This document shows, piece by piece, positions 30,617-40,058 of a DNA stretch of 42,495 nucleotides (the stretch's first letter is position 1; each line of letters opens with the position of its first letter). Source of the DNA: Gemmatimonadaceae bacterium (GTDB lineage Bacteria > Gemmatimonadota > Gemmatimonadetes > Gemmatimonadales > Gemmatimonadaceae). The DNA is taken from positions 1 through 42,495 of the forward strand of contig JANRJP010000132.1 of the NCBI GenBank assembly GCA_033763905.1, read 5' to 3'. The notes beneath the pieces were generated by a model that was not told the DNA's origin, did not search any database, and saw only the letters and a program-made list of their open reading frames with translations. The position numbers were made by a program, and so were the translations under genes.

Positions 30617-31779
30617 CCCTGTCGCGCATTCTCCCGCCGACCGCGATTGGCATCTTCGGCGGCGGGCAGCTCGGCCGGATGACCGGGATGGCCGCGCGCG
30701 CGATGGGCTACGACGTGCACATCTTCGACCCGGATGAGCACTGTGCGGCGCGCGCCATCGCGACCAGCGTCACCGTCGCGCCATTCGACGATGAGCGCGC
30801 CGCGGCCCGCTTCGCCGAGCGCTGCGGCGTGGTCACCCTGGAAATCGAACAGGTGTCGGCCACCACGCTCAACGCCGCCGCGCGGTTCGCACCGGTACGC
30901 CCGGGCTCCGAGGTCGTGCACATCGTGCAGGACCGCGCGCGGCAGAAGACCTGGCTCCGGCAGCAGGGCTTCCCGCTCGGCGACTTCGCCGTGTGCGACG
31001 ACGAAGCAAGCTTCGTCGAGGCGGTGACGCGGCTCGCGCCCTGCATCGCCAAGAGCGCCCACGGCGGCTACGACGGACGGGGCCAAGTACGGCTCCGCGA
31101 GGCCGACGCCGCCGCTGCGGCCGAGGCGTGGACCGCACTGGGCAGCCGTCGCTGCGTCGTCGAGGCCTTTCTCGACTTGGACTTCGAGATCTCGGTGATG
31201 ACCGCGCGCGCCCCCGACGGACACGTGCGGCAATTCGCACCAAGCTTCAATCACCACGACCACGGCATCCTCACGTGGTCGGTGTCGCCCGCACCGATCG
31301 ACCCGTCGCTGACCCGGGATGCGTTGGCCTTGGCCGAGGCCATCACCACGCAGCTCGGGCTCCACGGGGTGCTGGCCGTCGAGATGTTCCGCACGAAACA
31401 GGGCCAGTTGCTCGTCAACGAACTGGCACCGCGGCCACACAACACGTTTCACCAGACGGAGCGCGGCGCCGACACCAGCCAGTTCGAGCAGCTCGTCCGT
31501 GCCGCCTGCGCCCTCCCGCTGGGCAGCGCGGCCACGGTGACGCCGAGCGCGATCTACAACCTGCTGGGCGACCTCTGGGTGCAGCCGGGCCGCACACCGG
31601 ACTTCACCGAAGCCTGGGCGATGCCCGGGGTGCGCGTACATCTGTATGGTAAGCCGGGCGCGCGCGCGGGCCGCAAGATGGGACACCTCTCAGCCATCGG
31701 CGACACGCCCGAGATGGCACGCGACCTCGTGCGCGCCGCGTATCGTAGCGTCGCGCGCTCCGTGGGCCTCGCCGACTAG
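30613..31779 (+). CDS. purK: N5-CAIR synthetase PurK
   Basis: [42 protein letters not shown]. Confidence 0.96.
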   Translation: MTLSRILPPTAIGIFGGGQLGRMTGMAARAMGYDVHIFDPDEHCAARAIATSVTVAPFDDERAAARFAERCGVVTLEIEQVSATTLNAAARFAPVRPGSEVVHIVQDRARQKTWLRQQGFPLGDFAVCDDEASFVEAVTRLAPCIAKSAHGGYDGRGQVRLREADAAAAAEAWTALGSRRCVVEAFLDLDFEISVMTARAPDGHVRQFAPSFNHHDHGILTWSVSPAPIDPSLTRDALALAEAITTQLGLHGVLAVEMFRTKQGQLLVNELAPRPHNTFHQTERGADTSQFEQLVRAACALPLGSAATVTPSAIYNLLGDLWVQPGRTPDFTEAWAMPGVRVHLYGKPGARAGRKMGHLSAIGDTPEMARDLVRAAYRSVARSVGLAD

Positions 31780-32681
31780 CGCTTCGCGAAGACGACCGAG
31801 CGCGCGTGCTCGAGGACCGTGTTCACCAGCGGGTGCTTCACCTTGCGGTCGAGTGATACGGCGTAGTAGCGCTCGCGCACGTCGTCGAGCCGACCGACGA
31901 TCTTCACTTCCATTCGGTCGCGAATCTCGTCCTCGATGATGGACGGTGCCACGAAACATCCTTCGCCCGCTTCGCCGAACGTCTTCAGCAATGCGGAGTC
32001 TTCGAACTCGGCGATCAGGTCCGGCCTGATGTTTCGCTGCGCGAAGTACTCGTCGAGCTCCCGCCGCAGGGTCGTGCTCTCGGTCGGCAGCAGGAAGGGC
32101 ATCCCGTTGAGCGACTCGGGGAACCCCTTCTGCGCGCGCGCTGCCAACTTGAGCGGCGCAAACACCGTCACCGGCGTCTCGCCGAGCAGGTGGTTGTAGG
32201 CGCGCACCTTGATCGTCGGCGACACGGGCTGATCGGAGATCACGAGGTCCAACGCGTGGATCGACAGATCGGCGATCAACCGCTCGGGCCGCCCATCGCG
32301 GAACGTCACGCGCGTCTCCGGCGAGGCGCGCATCACGGGTTGCATCAGTCGGTAGGCGACGAGCTTGGGCAACACATCGACGAAGCCGACTTGGAAGCGG
32401 ACCGCCGATCCGCCGTCATCGCTGGTGAGCGTCCGCTGCAGCTCGCGACCGATCGTGAAGATCTCTTCCGCATACCGGTAGGCCACTTGCCCGGTCTCGG
32501 TGAGAATCAGGTTGCGTCCGCTGCGCGCGAACAGCTTGCGACCCACCGCGCGCTCGAGCGCGTGGATCTGTCCGCTCACCGTGGGTTGGGCCAGCCCAAG
32601 CTCGACGCTGGCCTTCGCGACGCTGCCTTCGCGCGCGACGACCCAGAAGTACAGCAGGTGGTGGTAGTTCAGCCACTCCAT
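31776..32681 (-). CDS. nhaR: NhaR-like LysR-family transcriptional regulator
   Basis: MEWLNYHHLLYFWVVAREGS...QPTVSGQI, LPKLVAYRL, EFEDSALLKTFG, KVKHP. Confidence 0.85.
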   Translation of the reverse strand: MEWLNYHHLLYFWVVAREGSVAKASVELGLAQPTVSGQIHALERAVGRKLFARSGRNLILTETGQVAYRYAEEIFTIGRELQRTLTSDDGGSAVRFQVGFVDVLPKLVAYRLMQPVMRASPETRVTFRDGRPERLIADLSIHALDLVISDQPVSPTIKVRAYNHLLGETPVTVFAPLKLAARAQKGFPESLNGMPFLLPTESTTLRRELDEYFAQRNIRPDLIAEFEDSALLKTFGEAGEGCFVAPSIIEDEIRDRMEVKIVGRLDDVRERYYAVSLDRKVKHPLVNTVLEHARSVVFAKR

Positions 32682-32724
32682 AGTGGTCGAATCTACGCCG
32701 GTTCCACCGTCGCGGCGAGCAGGG

Positions 32725-33459
32725 TCAGCCGATCGCCATCCGGTCGCGGCTGTCGGCATCGACGCCGCCGAAGCGCCGCTTGCGTCGCGCGAACTCCTGC
32801 AGGGCGCCGTCGAGGGAGGCCGCATCGAACTCCGGCCAATACGTCGGCACGAAGACGAACTCGGCGTATGCGCACTCCCACAGCAGGAAGTCGGACAGCC
32901 GCTGTTCGCCGCCGGTGCGAATCAGCAGATCCACCGGCGGCGTCTCCGGCGAGTGATCGACGGTCGCCAAGAGGCGCTCGAACCCCTCCCGCGTGAAATC
33001 CTGCGACGCGCGGGCCGCCGCGGCGGCGCGCAGGATCGCATCGCGCGCCGAGTAGTCCACGGCCACGCGCAGATGCAGTCGCGTCCCCTGGGCGGTGGCG
33101 CGTTCGGCGCCCTCGATCGTGTGCACCAGTTCCGGGCTCAGGCGATCGCGCCGGCCGAGAATCGTCAGCCGCACGCCATTCGCCACGCACTGCTCCGTCT
33201 CCGACAGCAGGTAGCGCCGAAACAACCGCATCAGCGCCGACACTTCGCGCCGCGGCCGTTGCCAGTTGTCGGCCGAAAAGGCGTACAGCGTGAGGACACC
33301 GATACCGCGGTTGCGCGCGAGCTCCACCAAGGAGCGGGCGACGCGCGCGCCGGCCAGGTGGCCCGCCACGCGCGGCTGCCCCCGGTGCGTCGCCCAGCGG
33401 CCGTTGCCGTCCATAATGCAGGCGACGTGGTGCGGCCGAGCCTCGGTCACCGGGGTCAC
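32725..33459 (-). CDS. uppS: Undecaprenyl diphosphate synthase (cis-prenyltransferase)
   Basis: HVACIMDGNGRWA, YAFSADNWQRP, LIRTGGEQRLSDFLLW, RRFGG. Confidence 0.92.
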   Translation of the reverse strand: MTPVTEARPHHVACIMDGNGRWATHRGQPRVAGHLAGARVARSLVELARNRGIGVLTLYAFSADNWQRPRREVSALMRLFRRYLLSETEQCVANGVRLTILGRRDRLSPELVHTIEGAERATAQGTRLHLRVAVDYSARDAILRAAAAARASQDFTREGFERLLATVDHSPETPPVDLLIRTGGEQRLSDFLLWECAYAEFVFVPTYWPEFDAASLDGALQEFARRKRRFGGVDADSRDRMAIG

Positions 33460-33845
33460 GGCAGCTGCTCCGCGGCGCGCGTGGCACCGATGATCGCTTC
33501 CATATGGTCCAGATAGCGCGTGAGCGCCGACCGCCCCTGCTCCGTGAGCCGGAACGTCGTCTGCGGCACTCGGCCCACGAAGCTCTTGTCCACCGCCACG
33601 TAGCCGGCCTCTTCGAGCTTGCGTGCGTGCACGCTCAGATTGCCGTCGGTAATGCGCAGCAAACCCTTCAACTGATTGAAGGTCAGGCTCGGATTGGCTG
33701 CCAGAGCGCTCACCAGCCCCAATCGGACGCGCTCGTGAATGAGGCGGTCCAGCTCGAGGGCGCCGCTCGCGTCCCCGGCAATGGGCGTGAGGGGCACGGC
33801 CGCGGCGCCGGAGACCGGCACGCCCGTCGCGCGATGATTAGCCAC
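33456..33845 (-). CDS. Winged-helix (MarR/ArsR-like, HTH_34-type) transcriptional regulator
   Basis: LDRLIHERVRLGLVSAL, TDGNLSVHARKLEEAGYV, LTEQGR. Confidence 0.9.
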   Translation of the reverse strand: MANHRATGVPVSGAAAVPLTPIAGDASGALELDRLIHERVRLGLVSALAANPSLTFNQLKGLLRITDGNLSVHARKLEEAGYVAVDKSFVGRVPQTTFRLTEQGRSALTRYLDHMEAIIGATRAAEQLP

Positions 33846-34452
33846 CGTGCTTCACCCCCACCCACGCGCCGAATCCCAAATGCACCAGGCCGAAGGTGGC
33901 AGCCATCAGCCAGTCGCCCCACGTCGGCGGGAGTGCCAGCGCGAGGACACCGAAGAGCACGAAAACCGCCCCCATCACCGGGATCGGCGGGACCGAGAAC
34001 GCCCCGCCCGCCATCACGGCGGTGCCGTAGAGCAACATCCAGATCGCCGGCAGCAACTCGGGGTAGCCTCGCGCCAGCAGCGCGATGCTCAGCACCAGGC
34101 CGACCATCATCGCCGGCATCACGGCGAGGAGGAACTTCCGCTCCGCGCCGCCCAGCAAGGCTCGGTCGGTGCGCTGCGCCTTCCGGACGGAGGCCCCGGC
34201 AATGATCGCGAGCGAGACGACGGCGGTGCCCAGCCACGCGGCGACCCAGGCGGCGGGGCTGCGCATCGCGTGCGCGAGCGGCGCGATGAGGAGTGCCACG
34301 GCACCGACGGAGGCCATCCCCGACCCGCTGATGACCGTGAAGGGCGCGGCCTGCTCCATCGTGGCTCTAATGAAGCGGAGGTTCTCGAGGGCGCGGTCCT
34401 GGAGGTGCGGCACCTCGGGCGCGTCGGCTTTGATGCGATGGGTCTTGGTCAC
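33838..34452 (-). CDS. Integral membrane protein (about 6 TM) co-transcribed with wHTH regulator
   Basis: ALENLRFIRATME, ISGSG, WMLLYG, FGLVHLGFG; GTG start fixed by promoter spacing. Confidence 0.82.
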   Translation of the reverse strand: MTKTHRIKADAPEVPHLQDRALENLRFIRATMEQAAPFTVISGSGMASVGAVALLIAPLAHAMRSPAAWVAAWLGTAVVSLAIIAGASVRKAQRTDRALLGGAERKFLLAVMPAMMVGLVLSIALLARGYPELLPAIWMLLYGTAVMAGGAFSVPPIPVMGAVFVLFGVLALALPPTWGDWLMAATFGLVHLGFGAWVGVKHGG

Positions 34453-34459
34453 GAGGCGA

Positions 34460-34505
34460 AGGGTATCGAGTTCAGGTCCCACTATCAAGTGCTTTGCGCC
34501 GCAAA
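34460..34505 (-). promoter_or_regulatory. Leaderless sigma70 promoter plus adjacent palindromic operator candidate
   Basis: Minus strand TTGATA-N17-TACCCT-N7-GTG; palindrome TTTGCG-C-CGCAAA (34493-34505) just upstream of the -35. Confidence 0.6.
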
Positions 34506-34742
34506 CCAGAGTGATCCGCTCCCCGTTGGCTGGCTGACAAGTCGGCAGATCGGCCAGTCGTCGTGACAGCGAGCCGATGTTGATATGTAACGCCGCGCGT
34601 TTCTGGAAACTGATGTTTATGATGCCTGGTGATGTAAGCATTTTCAATACAACGAGTTACCGAGACCGCTCGCACTGTTTTGATTCTATTCGGCGGTTCC
34701 GTCCCTTCCAATCAGACCGCGTTTGCGAAGAGCTTTCCCCTC

Positions 34743-35807
34743 GTGAAGCCCGTACCTGTCATTGGCCACGACGACCTGCGCGCTCGACTCCTCGCGCGGG
34801 TCCGTGATCGCTCACTCCCTGCCAGCCTGCTGTTCCACGGCCCGGCGGGGGTGGGCAAGCAGCGCTTGGCGCTGGCCATCGCGCAGGCCATCGTTTGCGA
34901 CAGTGCGGACGCCCCCTGCGGGAGTTGCCAGCACTGCCGAATGGCGACCGAATGGCAGCACCCGGACATCACCTGGGTCTTCCCTCGCCCGCGCCTCAAG
35001 GCCGCCGACCCAGGGATCGACGAGGTCGCCGCCGACCTGGCCGAAGCCATCGACGACCGCAAGAAATCCGGCGGCTGGTACGCCCCGCCGCCAGGCTCCG
35101 ATGGCATCTATGTCGCCACCGTCCGCGCCATCGTCCAACGGATGGCCTCGGCGCCCGCGCTCGCCAAGCGCCGCGCCTTGATCGTCGGAGACGCCGAACG
35201 GATGGTCTCGCAGGAAGGGGCGGATCAGGCCGCCAATGCCTTTCTCAAGCTGCTCGAAGAGCCGCCGGCCGGCACGACCATCATCCTGACGTCGTCCGAA
35301 CCGGGGGCCCTGCTACCAACCATACGCTCCCGCGTCGTCGCAATGCGGGTGGCGCCGCTCCCCGAGCGGCACGTCCGCGCCGTGCTCGACGCCGACGGGG
35401 TTCGCGATGCGTTGCGCGACGCGGGACTTCCCGAGGCCACCGAGCACCTGATCGCCCTCGCGGGCGGCGCCCCCGGCACCTGGTTCGCCGCGGCCGCGCG
35501 CACCGCCGCCGTCGCCGACGCCCGCGCGATGCTCGATGCCGCGCAGGGCTCGCCCGCCGAGCGATTCCGGATGGCATTTCAGCAGGGGGCCTCCGGTGCG
35601 CGCGGGTCGTTCGCCGATGTCCTCGATGCGCTCACCGATGTGCTCGCCGAGCGCATTCGCCAGAGCGCCGATCGTTCGCCCGATCGCGCGCTCGCCGCGG
35701 CCCGGGCACAGCTCGAGCTCGAACAGGTGAAGGCGCTCGCCCAGAACAACATCACCCCGCAGCTCATCACCGCGCGGCTCCTCGGTGCCCTGGAGGGTGT
35801 GCGATGA
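34743..35807 (+). CDS. holB: DNA polymerase III delta-prime subunit
   Basis: [20 protein letters not shown] zinc cluster, [24 protein letters not shown]. Confidence 0.9.
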   Translation: MKPVPVIGHDDLRARLLARVRDRSLPASLLFHGPAGVGKQRLALAIAQAIVCDSADAPCGSCQHCRMATEWQHPDITWVFPRPRLKAADPGIDEVAADLAEAIDDRKKSGGWYAPPPGSDGIYVATVRAIVQRMASAPALAKRRALIVGDAERMVSQEGADQAANAFLKLLEEPPAGTTIILTSSEPGALLPTIRSRVVAMRVAPLPERHVRAVLDADGVRDALRDAGLPEATEHLIALAGGAPGTWFAAAARTAAVADARAMLDAAQGSPAERFRMAFQQGASGARGSFADVLDALTDVLAERIRQSADRSPDRALAAARAQLELEQVKALAQNNITPQLITARLLGALEGVR

Positions 35808-36298
35808 CCCAGTCGCCGCTCACGCACCTCGGCGCCGATGGCGAGGCCCGAATCGTCGATGTCTCGGCCAAGCCGGTCACCGTCCGCACCGCGGTCGCGA
35901 GCGGCGAGATCCGGATGGCCGCCGAGACGCTTGCGGCGATCGAGGCCGGCACCGGCCCCAAGGGCGACGTGCTGACCGTCGCTCGCATCGCGGGGCTGCA
36001 GGCTACCAAGCGCACCGCCGATCTCATTCCGCTCTGCCATCCGCTGCCGATCGACGGCGTGGAGTTGGAGCTCCTCAGCGATCACACACTGCCCGGGATC
36101 CGTGCCCGGGCGACGGTCCGTACCTCGGGCCGCACCGGCGTCGAAATGGAGGCCCTCACGGCGGTCTCCGTCGCGCTGCTCACGGTGTACGACATGGCGA
36201 AGGCCATTGACCGCGGGATGGTGCTTGGCAGCATCGCCCTCGACGAGAAAACCGGTGGTCGATCGGGCGCGTGGCGCCGGTCGCCGTCGGCTCCCTGA
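35804..36298 (+). CDS. moaC: Cyclic pyranopterin monophosphate synthase MoaC
   Basis: ATGA overlap; [49 protein letters not shown]. Confidence 0.96.
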   Translation: MTQSPLTHLGADGEARIVDVSAKPVTVRTAVASGEIRMAAETLAAIEAGTGPKGDVLTVARIAGLQATKRTADLIPLCHPLPIDGVELELLSDHTLPGIRARATVRTSGRTGVEMEALTAVSVALLTVYDMAKAIDRGMVLGSIALDEKTGGRSGAWRRSPSAP

Positions 36299-36311
36299 AC
36301 CACGAGATCTT

Positions 36312-37007
36312 GTGCCAATACAACGACGTGATCCTTCCCCGTATCTCCGCCGCGGCGACCGCGAGCGCCGCCGTGCGCGCTGGCGCGCCGGCCTGCTGGT
36401 TGCTGGCGCCGTCGCGGCGCTGACGCTCCTCTTCGCGCAGCCGGGCCCACGCGCGGCGCACGCAGAAGGCAACCCCTTCCCGCTGTCGTTCACCGGGTTC
36501 CGACTCCGGGACGAACGCGACGCGGCGCACGGCGAACTCGAAATCGCCAACGCCCAGCTCGCTCGGTACCAGCGCATCTTCGGCTACTCGAGCCGCTACC
36601 GTATCGACGCTGGTCTTGCCGCCGCGATCTATGACGCCGCGCTCGCCGAAGGACTCGACGCCGACTTGGGCTTCCGCCTCGTGCGCATCGAGAGCGACTT
36701 CAACGAGCGGGCGGTGTCCCCCGCAGGCGCTGTGGGGCTCACGCAACTGATGCCTGCGACCGCCCGCGGATTCGACCGCAGCGTGACCAAAGACGGATTG
36801 TTCGAGCGCACCACGAACCTGCGGATCGGATTCCGGTATCTGCGCGGCTTGATCGAGGAACACGACGGCGACGTGAAGACGGCGTTGCTCGTCTACAACC
36901 GCGGGCCGGTCGCCGTGGCCGCCGCGCGCGAGCGCGGCGAAGATCCGTCGAACGGCTACGACCGGGTGGTGATGAAGGGCTATCGCGGACGCGGCGTCAT
37001 CGACTGA
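36312..37007 (+). CDS. Membrane-anchored SLT-domain lytic transglycosylase
   Basis: Basic N-terminus + TM; IESDFN, GAVGLTQLMPATA, NLRIG..YL, YNRG; start approximate. Confidence 0.85.
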   Translation: MPIQRRDPSPYLRRGDRERRRARWRAGLLVAGAVAALTLLFAQPGPRAAHAEGNPFPLSFTGFRLRDERDAAHGELEIANAQLARYQRIFGYSSRYRIDAGLAAAIYDAALAEGLDADLGFRLVRIESDFNERAVSPAGAVGLTQLMPATARGFDRSVTKDGLFERTTNLRIGFRYLRGLIEEHDGDVKTALLVYNRGPVAVAAARERGEDPSNGYDRVVMKGYRGRGVID

Positions 37008-37020
37008 CGCCCACGCGAGT

Positions 37021-38763
37021 CTAGGTCGAGGAAGGCGTCCGCTTCGCAGCGGGCGCCTTTTTCGTCGAGGTTTTCTTGGCCGCCGAGCCCTTCTTTGCGG
37101 CGGACTTCTTGGCCGCCGCCGAGCGCTTCCCCGCCGCGCTTGTCTTCGACGTCGCTGCGGCGCCCTTCTTCTTCGAAGCCGCCTTCGACACCGCCGCCGA
37201 GCCCTTCTTCGTGCCCTTCGTGCCCTTGGTGGTGGAAGCGCTTTTGCTCTTGACCCCGGAACGCTTCGCGGCCCCGCCGCGCACGATCAAGCGCTGCCCC
37301 GGAATCACCGTCGCCCGCTTGAGCCCATTCAACCGCTTGATCGCCGCCACCGACGTGCCATACCGCTTGGCAATCGCGCCCAGCGACTCGCCGCGGCGCA
37401 CCAGATGCACCCGCCGTCCCGCCGGCGCGGGTCCGTACTTCTCGATCCCCGGGTCAGGGACCGCGCGCGCCAGGGCCAGCACGGCTTCCGTTGGCACGCG
37501 CACTTTCTGTCCACTCACCAGCCGCGTCTTGCCGGACCGGCGCGGCGCCGTGCCGAACCAGCCCAGCGTACGTACCGGCACACCAGCCCGCGCCGCGAAG
37601 CTGGCCGCCGTCTCGCCCTTCTTCGTCACCAGGACGCGCGACACCATCAGTGCCGCGCTGTCGAGCGCCGCAAACCGCTCCTCGAATCCATCCTGGCCGC
37701 CAATCGGCACGCGCACGATCGACGGCGCGCCGGGCGGCGTCACGCCACGCAGCAAATGGGGATTGAGCCGCGCAATGGCCGCTGGCGCCGCCTGTGCCGC
37801 CTGCGCCACCGCCGACAGCGGGGTCAACGCGGGCACGCGCACGGTGTCGAACACGAACGGCGGCAGCGTATCCACCGTCAGGCCGTACTGCGCCGGCGCT
37901 TTACCCACCATCGCGGCCGCAATCAGTTGCGGGACGTAGTTCTTGGTTTCGGCGCGCAGATAGTCCTGCTCCGCCAGTGCAAAGAAGAGCGAGTCCCCGG
38001 AAATCCCGTCAAGATCGTCTTCGTACTTCCTGAGGCCGCGCGAGACGCGGCCCGGGCCCCCGTTGTACGCCGCGGCCGCGAGATACAGCGAGCCGAACTG
38101 CGCGTTGAGCCAGTTGAGAAACTTCACGGCGCCATCGGTGGCACGCACCGGGTCGCGCCGTTCATCGACCCAACCATCGACGCGAAGGCCGATCCCGCGC
38201 GCGGTCGTCGTCATGAACTGCCACATCCCCACCGCCGCCGCACGCGAATAGGCGTCGGGATCGTAGCCGCTCTCGACGAGCGCGAGGTAGTACATATCCT
38301 CGGGCAGCCCACCGTCGCGAAGCTTCTGCCGGATCATCGCTTCGTACTGCGTGCCGCGCGACAGCCGCGACTCGATCCGTCCCTTGGCCGAGCCGCTGAA
38401 CATCGACACGTAGTGCGCGACCCGATCGTGCGCCGCGAAGGAGGTCACGTCGATGTCCCACGCCGGGCCGTCACCTTCGGACGGGGTCGGCACGTCGGGC
38501 GACGCGCCGAACACCGCCGTCGCCGAGGCCGCGACATCGGCCGGTGCCGGTGTCGGCGCGGCCACGACGTTCGACACCGAGGTCGGCGTCGACGGCGGAG
38601 TGGCGGGCGCTGGTGCCGGGACCGCGCGCGCCGGGGCAGCTGGCGCAGGCACTGGCGCAGGCGCGGTCGTCGTGCCCGCCGCGCATCCCGAGAGCAGCAC
38701 TGCACCCGTCGCGAGCACGCGCGACCCGAGGCCGACCGATGCGCGCAAGCGACCGACCGTCAT
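37021..38763 (-). CDS. MltD-like lytic transglycosylase lipoprotein with LysM domain(s) and Lys/Ala/Ser-rich tail
   Basis: Lipobox LSGC; LALVESG, AVGMWQF, DERRDP, AAYNGG, ETKNYVP; LysM HLVRRGESLGAIAKRYG. Confidence 0.9.
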   Translation of the reverse strand: MTVGRLRASVGLGSRVLATGAVLLSGCAAGTTTAPAPVPAPAAPARAVPAPAPATPPSTPTSVSNVVAAPTPAPADVAASATAVFGASPDVPTPSEGDGPAWDIDVTSFAAHDRVAHYVSMFSGSAKGRIESRLSRGTQYEAMIRQKLRDGGLPEDMYYLALVESGYDPDAYSRAAAVGMWQFMTTTARGIGLRVDGWVDERRDPVRATDGAVKFLNWLNAQFGSLYLAAAAYNGGPGRVSRGLRKYEDDLDGISGDSLFFALAEQDYLRAETKNYVPQLIAAAMVGKAPAQYGLTVDTLPPFVFDTVRVPALTPLSAVAQAAQAAPAAIARLNPHLLRGVTPPGAPSIVRVPIGGQDGFEERFAALDSAALMVSRVLVTKKGETAASFAARAGVPVRTLGWFGTAPRRSGKTRLVSGQKVRVPTEAVLALARAVPDPGIEKYGPAPAGRRVHLVRRGESLGAIAKRYGTSVAAIKRLNGLKRATVIPGQRLIVRGGAAKRSGVKSKSASTTKGTKGTKKGSAAVSKAASKKKGAAATSKTSAAGKRSAAAKKSAAKKGSAAKKTSTKKAPAAKRTPSST

Positions 38764-39212
38764 CGGGTGGCGATCCGGTTGCCCAGCACGCGATTGGTGG
38801 CACCGAGGATCGCCACCACCGTGGAGCGCAGCGGGTCTTCGTCGCCGGCCAGATGGCATCCCACCAGGCGGCGGGGCGCCTCCTCGCCATCGAGTCGGGC
38901 GAGCACCGACACGATCACCACGTTGGCGTCGAAGGCTCGCACCGGCTTCACCCCCTGCAGTTCCAGCCCGACGCCATCGCCCACCGCCAACTGCAACGCG
39001 CGCACCGTCGCGTCGCCCACGATGCGGTAGTCCATCAGGGACGTGGATTGCCCCGAAGCCTTCGCATCGACCCGCCGACCCTCTGGTGTGACGAATCCGA
39101 CTTCGACCGTGCACACGCCGGCCTGGGTGCGGCTCAGGGCGTAGTGCACGAAACGCAGTCGGGCGACCGGAGTCGGAGCGGGATCTGGCGAAGCGGCGGC
39201 AGGATTCGTCAC
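38760..39212 (-). CDS. Hypothetical protein, possible LeuA-regulatory-domain-like fold
   Basis: Two beta-beta-beta-alpha-like units ending DATVRAL and AILGATNR; ATGA overlap with mltD-like gene. Confidence 0.65.
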   Translation of the reverse strand: MTNPAAASPDPAPTPVARLRFVHYALSRTQAGVCTVEVGFVTPEGRRVDAKASGQSTSLMDYRIVGDATVRALQLAVGDGVGLELQGVKPVRAFDANVVIVSVLARLDGEEAPRRLVGCHLAGDEDPLRSTVVAILGATNRVLGNRIATR

Positions 39213-39302
39213 GGCGTCTCGACTAACACGACGGAGCGAACGTCAGCCCCGATCGGGCCGACGTTCCTCGTGACAATCACACGATCCAGCGCCCCGAACG
39301 CA

Positions 39303-39319
39303 ACCGCCCCTGGGGCGGT
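39303..39319 (-). terminator. Short hairpin after PAP2 gene
   Basis: ACCGCCC-CTG-GGGCGGT. Confidence 0.4.
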
Positions 39320-39329
39320 CCGTGTGCCG

Positions 39330-39854
39330 TTAGTGCAGCGCCAGGACCAGCAGCCCGGAGGCGATCGCGATCGCCTGCCCCGCGAGCACGTCCCCAGGGT
39401 AGTGGACGCCGAGCCGTACCCGCGAAAAACCGATCGCGGCGGCGAAGGCAAACAGCGGGAACGCGAAGTTCGGGAACGCCGCCGCGTAGGCGAAGGCCAC
39501 CGACATCGCCCCGGTGGAGTGCCCCGAGGGGAACGAGAACTTGTCGGGAATGGCCACGTGGGCATCGACCTCGAGCCGCTCGGTCGGCCGTTCGCGCAGC
39601 AGATTGCGCTTCATCACCTGCACGATCAGGTGCGACAGCAGCACCGACCACGCCGCCGTTCCCCCAACCGGTGCCAGCGGGCCGCCGATGATGAGCGGCA
39701 GTAGCGCCGCTAGAATCATCGTCGGTGCGTCTCCCAAGTGGGTGAACACCGTCCACATCCGGCGGTCCATTCCGGCACCGGCGTCATCGAGCCGCCACCG
39801 CGTGTACAGCGCGCGGTCGCGGGCGTCGAGTCGGGCCAGCAGTCTGGGAGTCAT
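39330..39854 (-). CDS. PAP2-family membrane lipid phosphatase
   Basis: THLGD, KRNLLRERP, SFPSGH, SRVRLGVHYPGDV; alternative start at 39908. Confidence 0.9.
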   Translation of the reverse strand: MTPRLLARLDARDRALYTRWRLDDAGAGMDRRMWTVFTHLGDAPTMILAALLPLIIGGPLAPVGGTAAWSVLLSHLIVQVMKRNLLRERPTERLEVDAHVAIPDKFSFPSGHSTGAMSVAFAYAAAFPNFAFPLFAFAAAIGFSRVRLGVHYPGDVLAGQAIAIASGLLVLALH

Positions 39855-39930
39855 CAGGCGCAGAACAATCGCTTGGGCAGTTGTCTGCGGAAATGTACGG
39901 TTGGCCATGCAGAAAGTGTCACGGCGCCGC

Positions 39931-40036
39931 GTGACTGGGTGATGACGGCCCCGTCGCGACGGCGTAACGGCACCGGGCCAGGAATCGTCCGGCTCGCCGG
40001 TGGAAACGTGACACTGCCGTCGCGGCCTGGTGACAC
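39931..40036 (-). promoter_or_regulatory. Array of Pho-box-like half-sites in 11-bp phase
   Basis: Minus-strand GTGTCAC (40030), GTGTCAC (40008), CCGTTAC (39964), CCGTCAT (39942), CAGTCAC (39931); all offsets are multiples of 11. Confidence 0.5.
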
Positions 40037-40058
40037 GAGACGGCCAACGTGTGGGACC

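Noticed and set aside
34570..34715. oriC or dif site
   Set aside because: No TTATCCACA DnaA boxes and no XerD arm (TTATGTTAAAT) recognisable
39209..39565. 118-aa ORF ending in a GTGA overlap with the 150-aa gene
   Set aside because: Mostly out-of-frame overlap with PAP2 and crosses a terminator-like hairpin; no convincing separate start
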